Shown: positions 63,799 through 64,000 of the stretch, piece by piece
Position numbering within the stretch: the first letter of the stretch is position 1
How the letters are laid out: each line of letters starts with the position of its first letter
Assembly (NCBI GenBank): GCA_963824705.1
Contig: CAWGQE010000003.1
Location: 562,286 to 626,285 of the forward strand
Direction of reading: 5' to 3'
Length of the DNA: 64,000 nucleotides
Source of the DNA: an uncultured Solirubrobacterales bacterium
GTDB lineage: Bacteria > Actinomycetota > Thermoleophilia > Solirubrobacterales > 70-9
Program-made: the position numbers and the translations under genes
Notes under the pieces: model-generated
Databases searched by the model: none
The model's input: only the letters and a program-made list of their open reading frames with translations
What the model was told of the DNA's origin: nothing

Positions 63799-64000
63799 CA
63801 ACGGAATGCCGGCCCGCTCGCGCTCGATCGCTGTCGTCGGCGGCGGCTTCGGCGGTGTCGGTGCGGCGGTGATGCTGAAACGCGCCGGCTACGAGGACGT
63901 GACCATCTTCGAGAAGGGCGAGCGGGTCGGCGGCGTCTGGAACCACAACACCTACCCGGGTGCTGCCTGCGACGTGCCGTCGCACCTCTACGAGTTCTCC
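63788..64000 (+). CDS. Flavin-containing (Baeyer-Villiger-type) monooxygenase, 3' end cut by the window edge
   Basis: IAVVGGGFGGVGAAVMLKRAGYEDVTIFEKGERVGGVWNHNTYPGAACDVPSHLYEFS is the FAD GxGxxG motif plus the BVMO N-terminal pattern. It overlaps the previous stop. Confidence 0.75.
   Translation, partial: MSTSNGMPARSRSIAVVGGGFGGVGAAVMLKRAGYEDVTIFEKGERVGGVWNHNTYPGAACDVPSHLYEFS

Noticed and set aside
61581-63801. 440-aa and 319-aa minus-strand ORFs (61581..62903, 62842..63801)
   Set aside because: They are antisense to the thiolase and crotonase genes, which carry diagnostic motifs.

Overview
This is a 64-kb stretch of a high-GC chromosome; hand counts of single 60-nt lines in core genes give about 70 % GC. 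It looks actinobacterial, but the taxon is inferred from gene content only. I found no rRNA, tRNA or CRISPR array. About 70 protein genes are supported. Core content: multicopper oxidase/CutA, VapBC, a class A PBP, a frameshifted kup, and an unusually organised kdp locus (split kdpD, kdpE, a Phd/ParE insertion, gene order kdpF-A-C-B). Further core genes are an NlpC/P60-like hydrolase, a divergent PNPOx-like/MocR pair, an MBL-rhodanese fusion, satP-acs, a 6TM ion channel with a non-canonical filter, and MarR-MFS. There is also an OpuC-type ABC importer co-directional with MTA-deaminase-like and MTAP-like genes, a PAS-MBL pair, four clustered TetR genes, and an XRE/nucleotidyltransferase pair. 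The remaining core genes are two very large translationally coupled secreted proteins (NHL / Fn3-like / PD40-like), FAD monooxygenase-P450-acyltransferase, ECF sigma/anti-sigma, and thiolase/crotonase/flavin monooxygenase genes. Accessory or unexplained DNA falls into three groups. (1) A lower-GC 4.65-kb insertion (39555-44217) is bounded by 28-bp perfect inverted repeats and a duplicated target. It carries an IS1595-family transposase, HTH regulators, a coupled membrane-protein + unknown-protein operon (my best candidate for an uncharacterised conflict/defence module) and a possible HEPN-like protein. (2) A locally AT-rich two-gene hypothetical module lies at 27.5-29.5 kb. (3) There are three long palindromic intergenic repeats: one MITE-like element, and two copies of a second family that exactly fill convergent-gene gaps around the PNPOx/MocR pair. 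All family assignments come from motif recognition by eye, and no database search was run.
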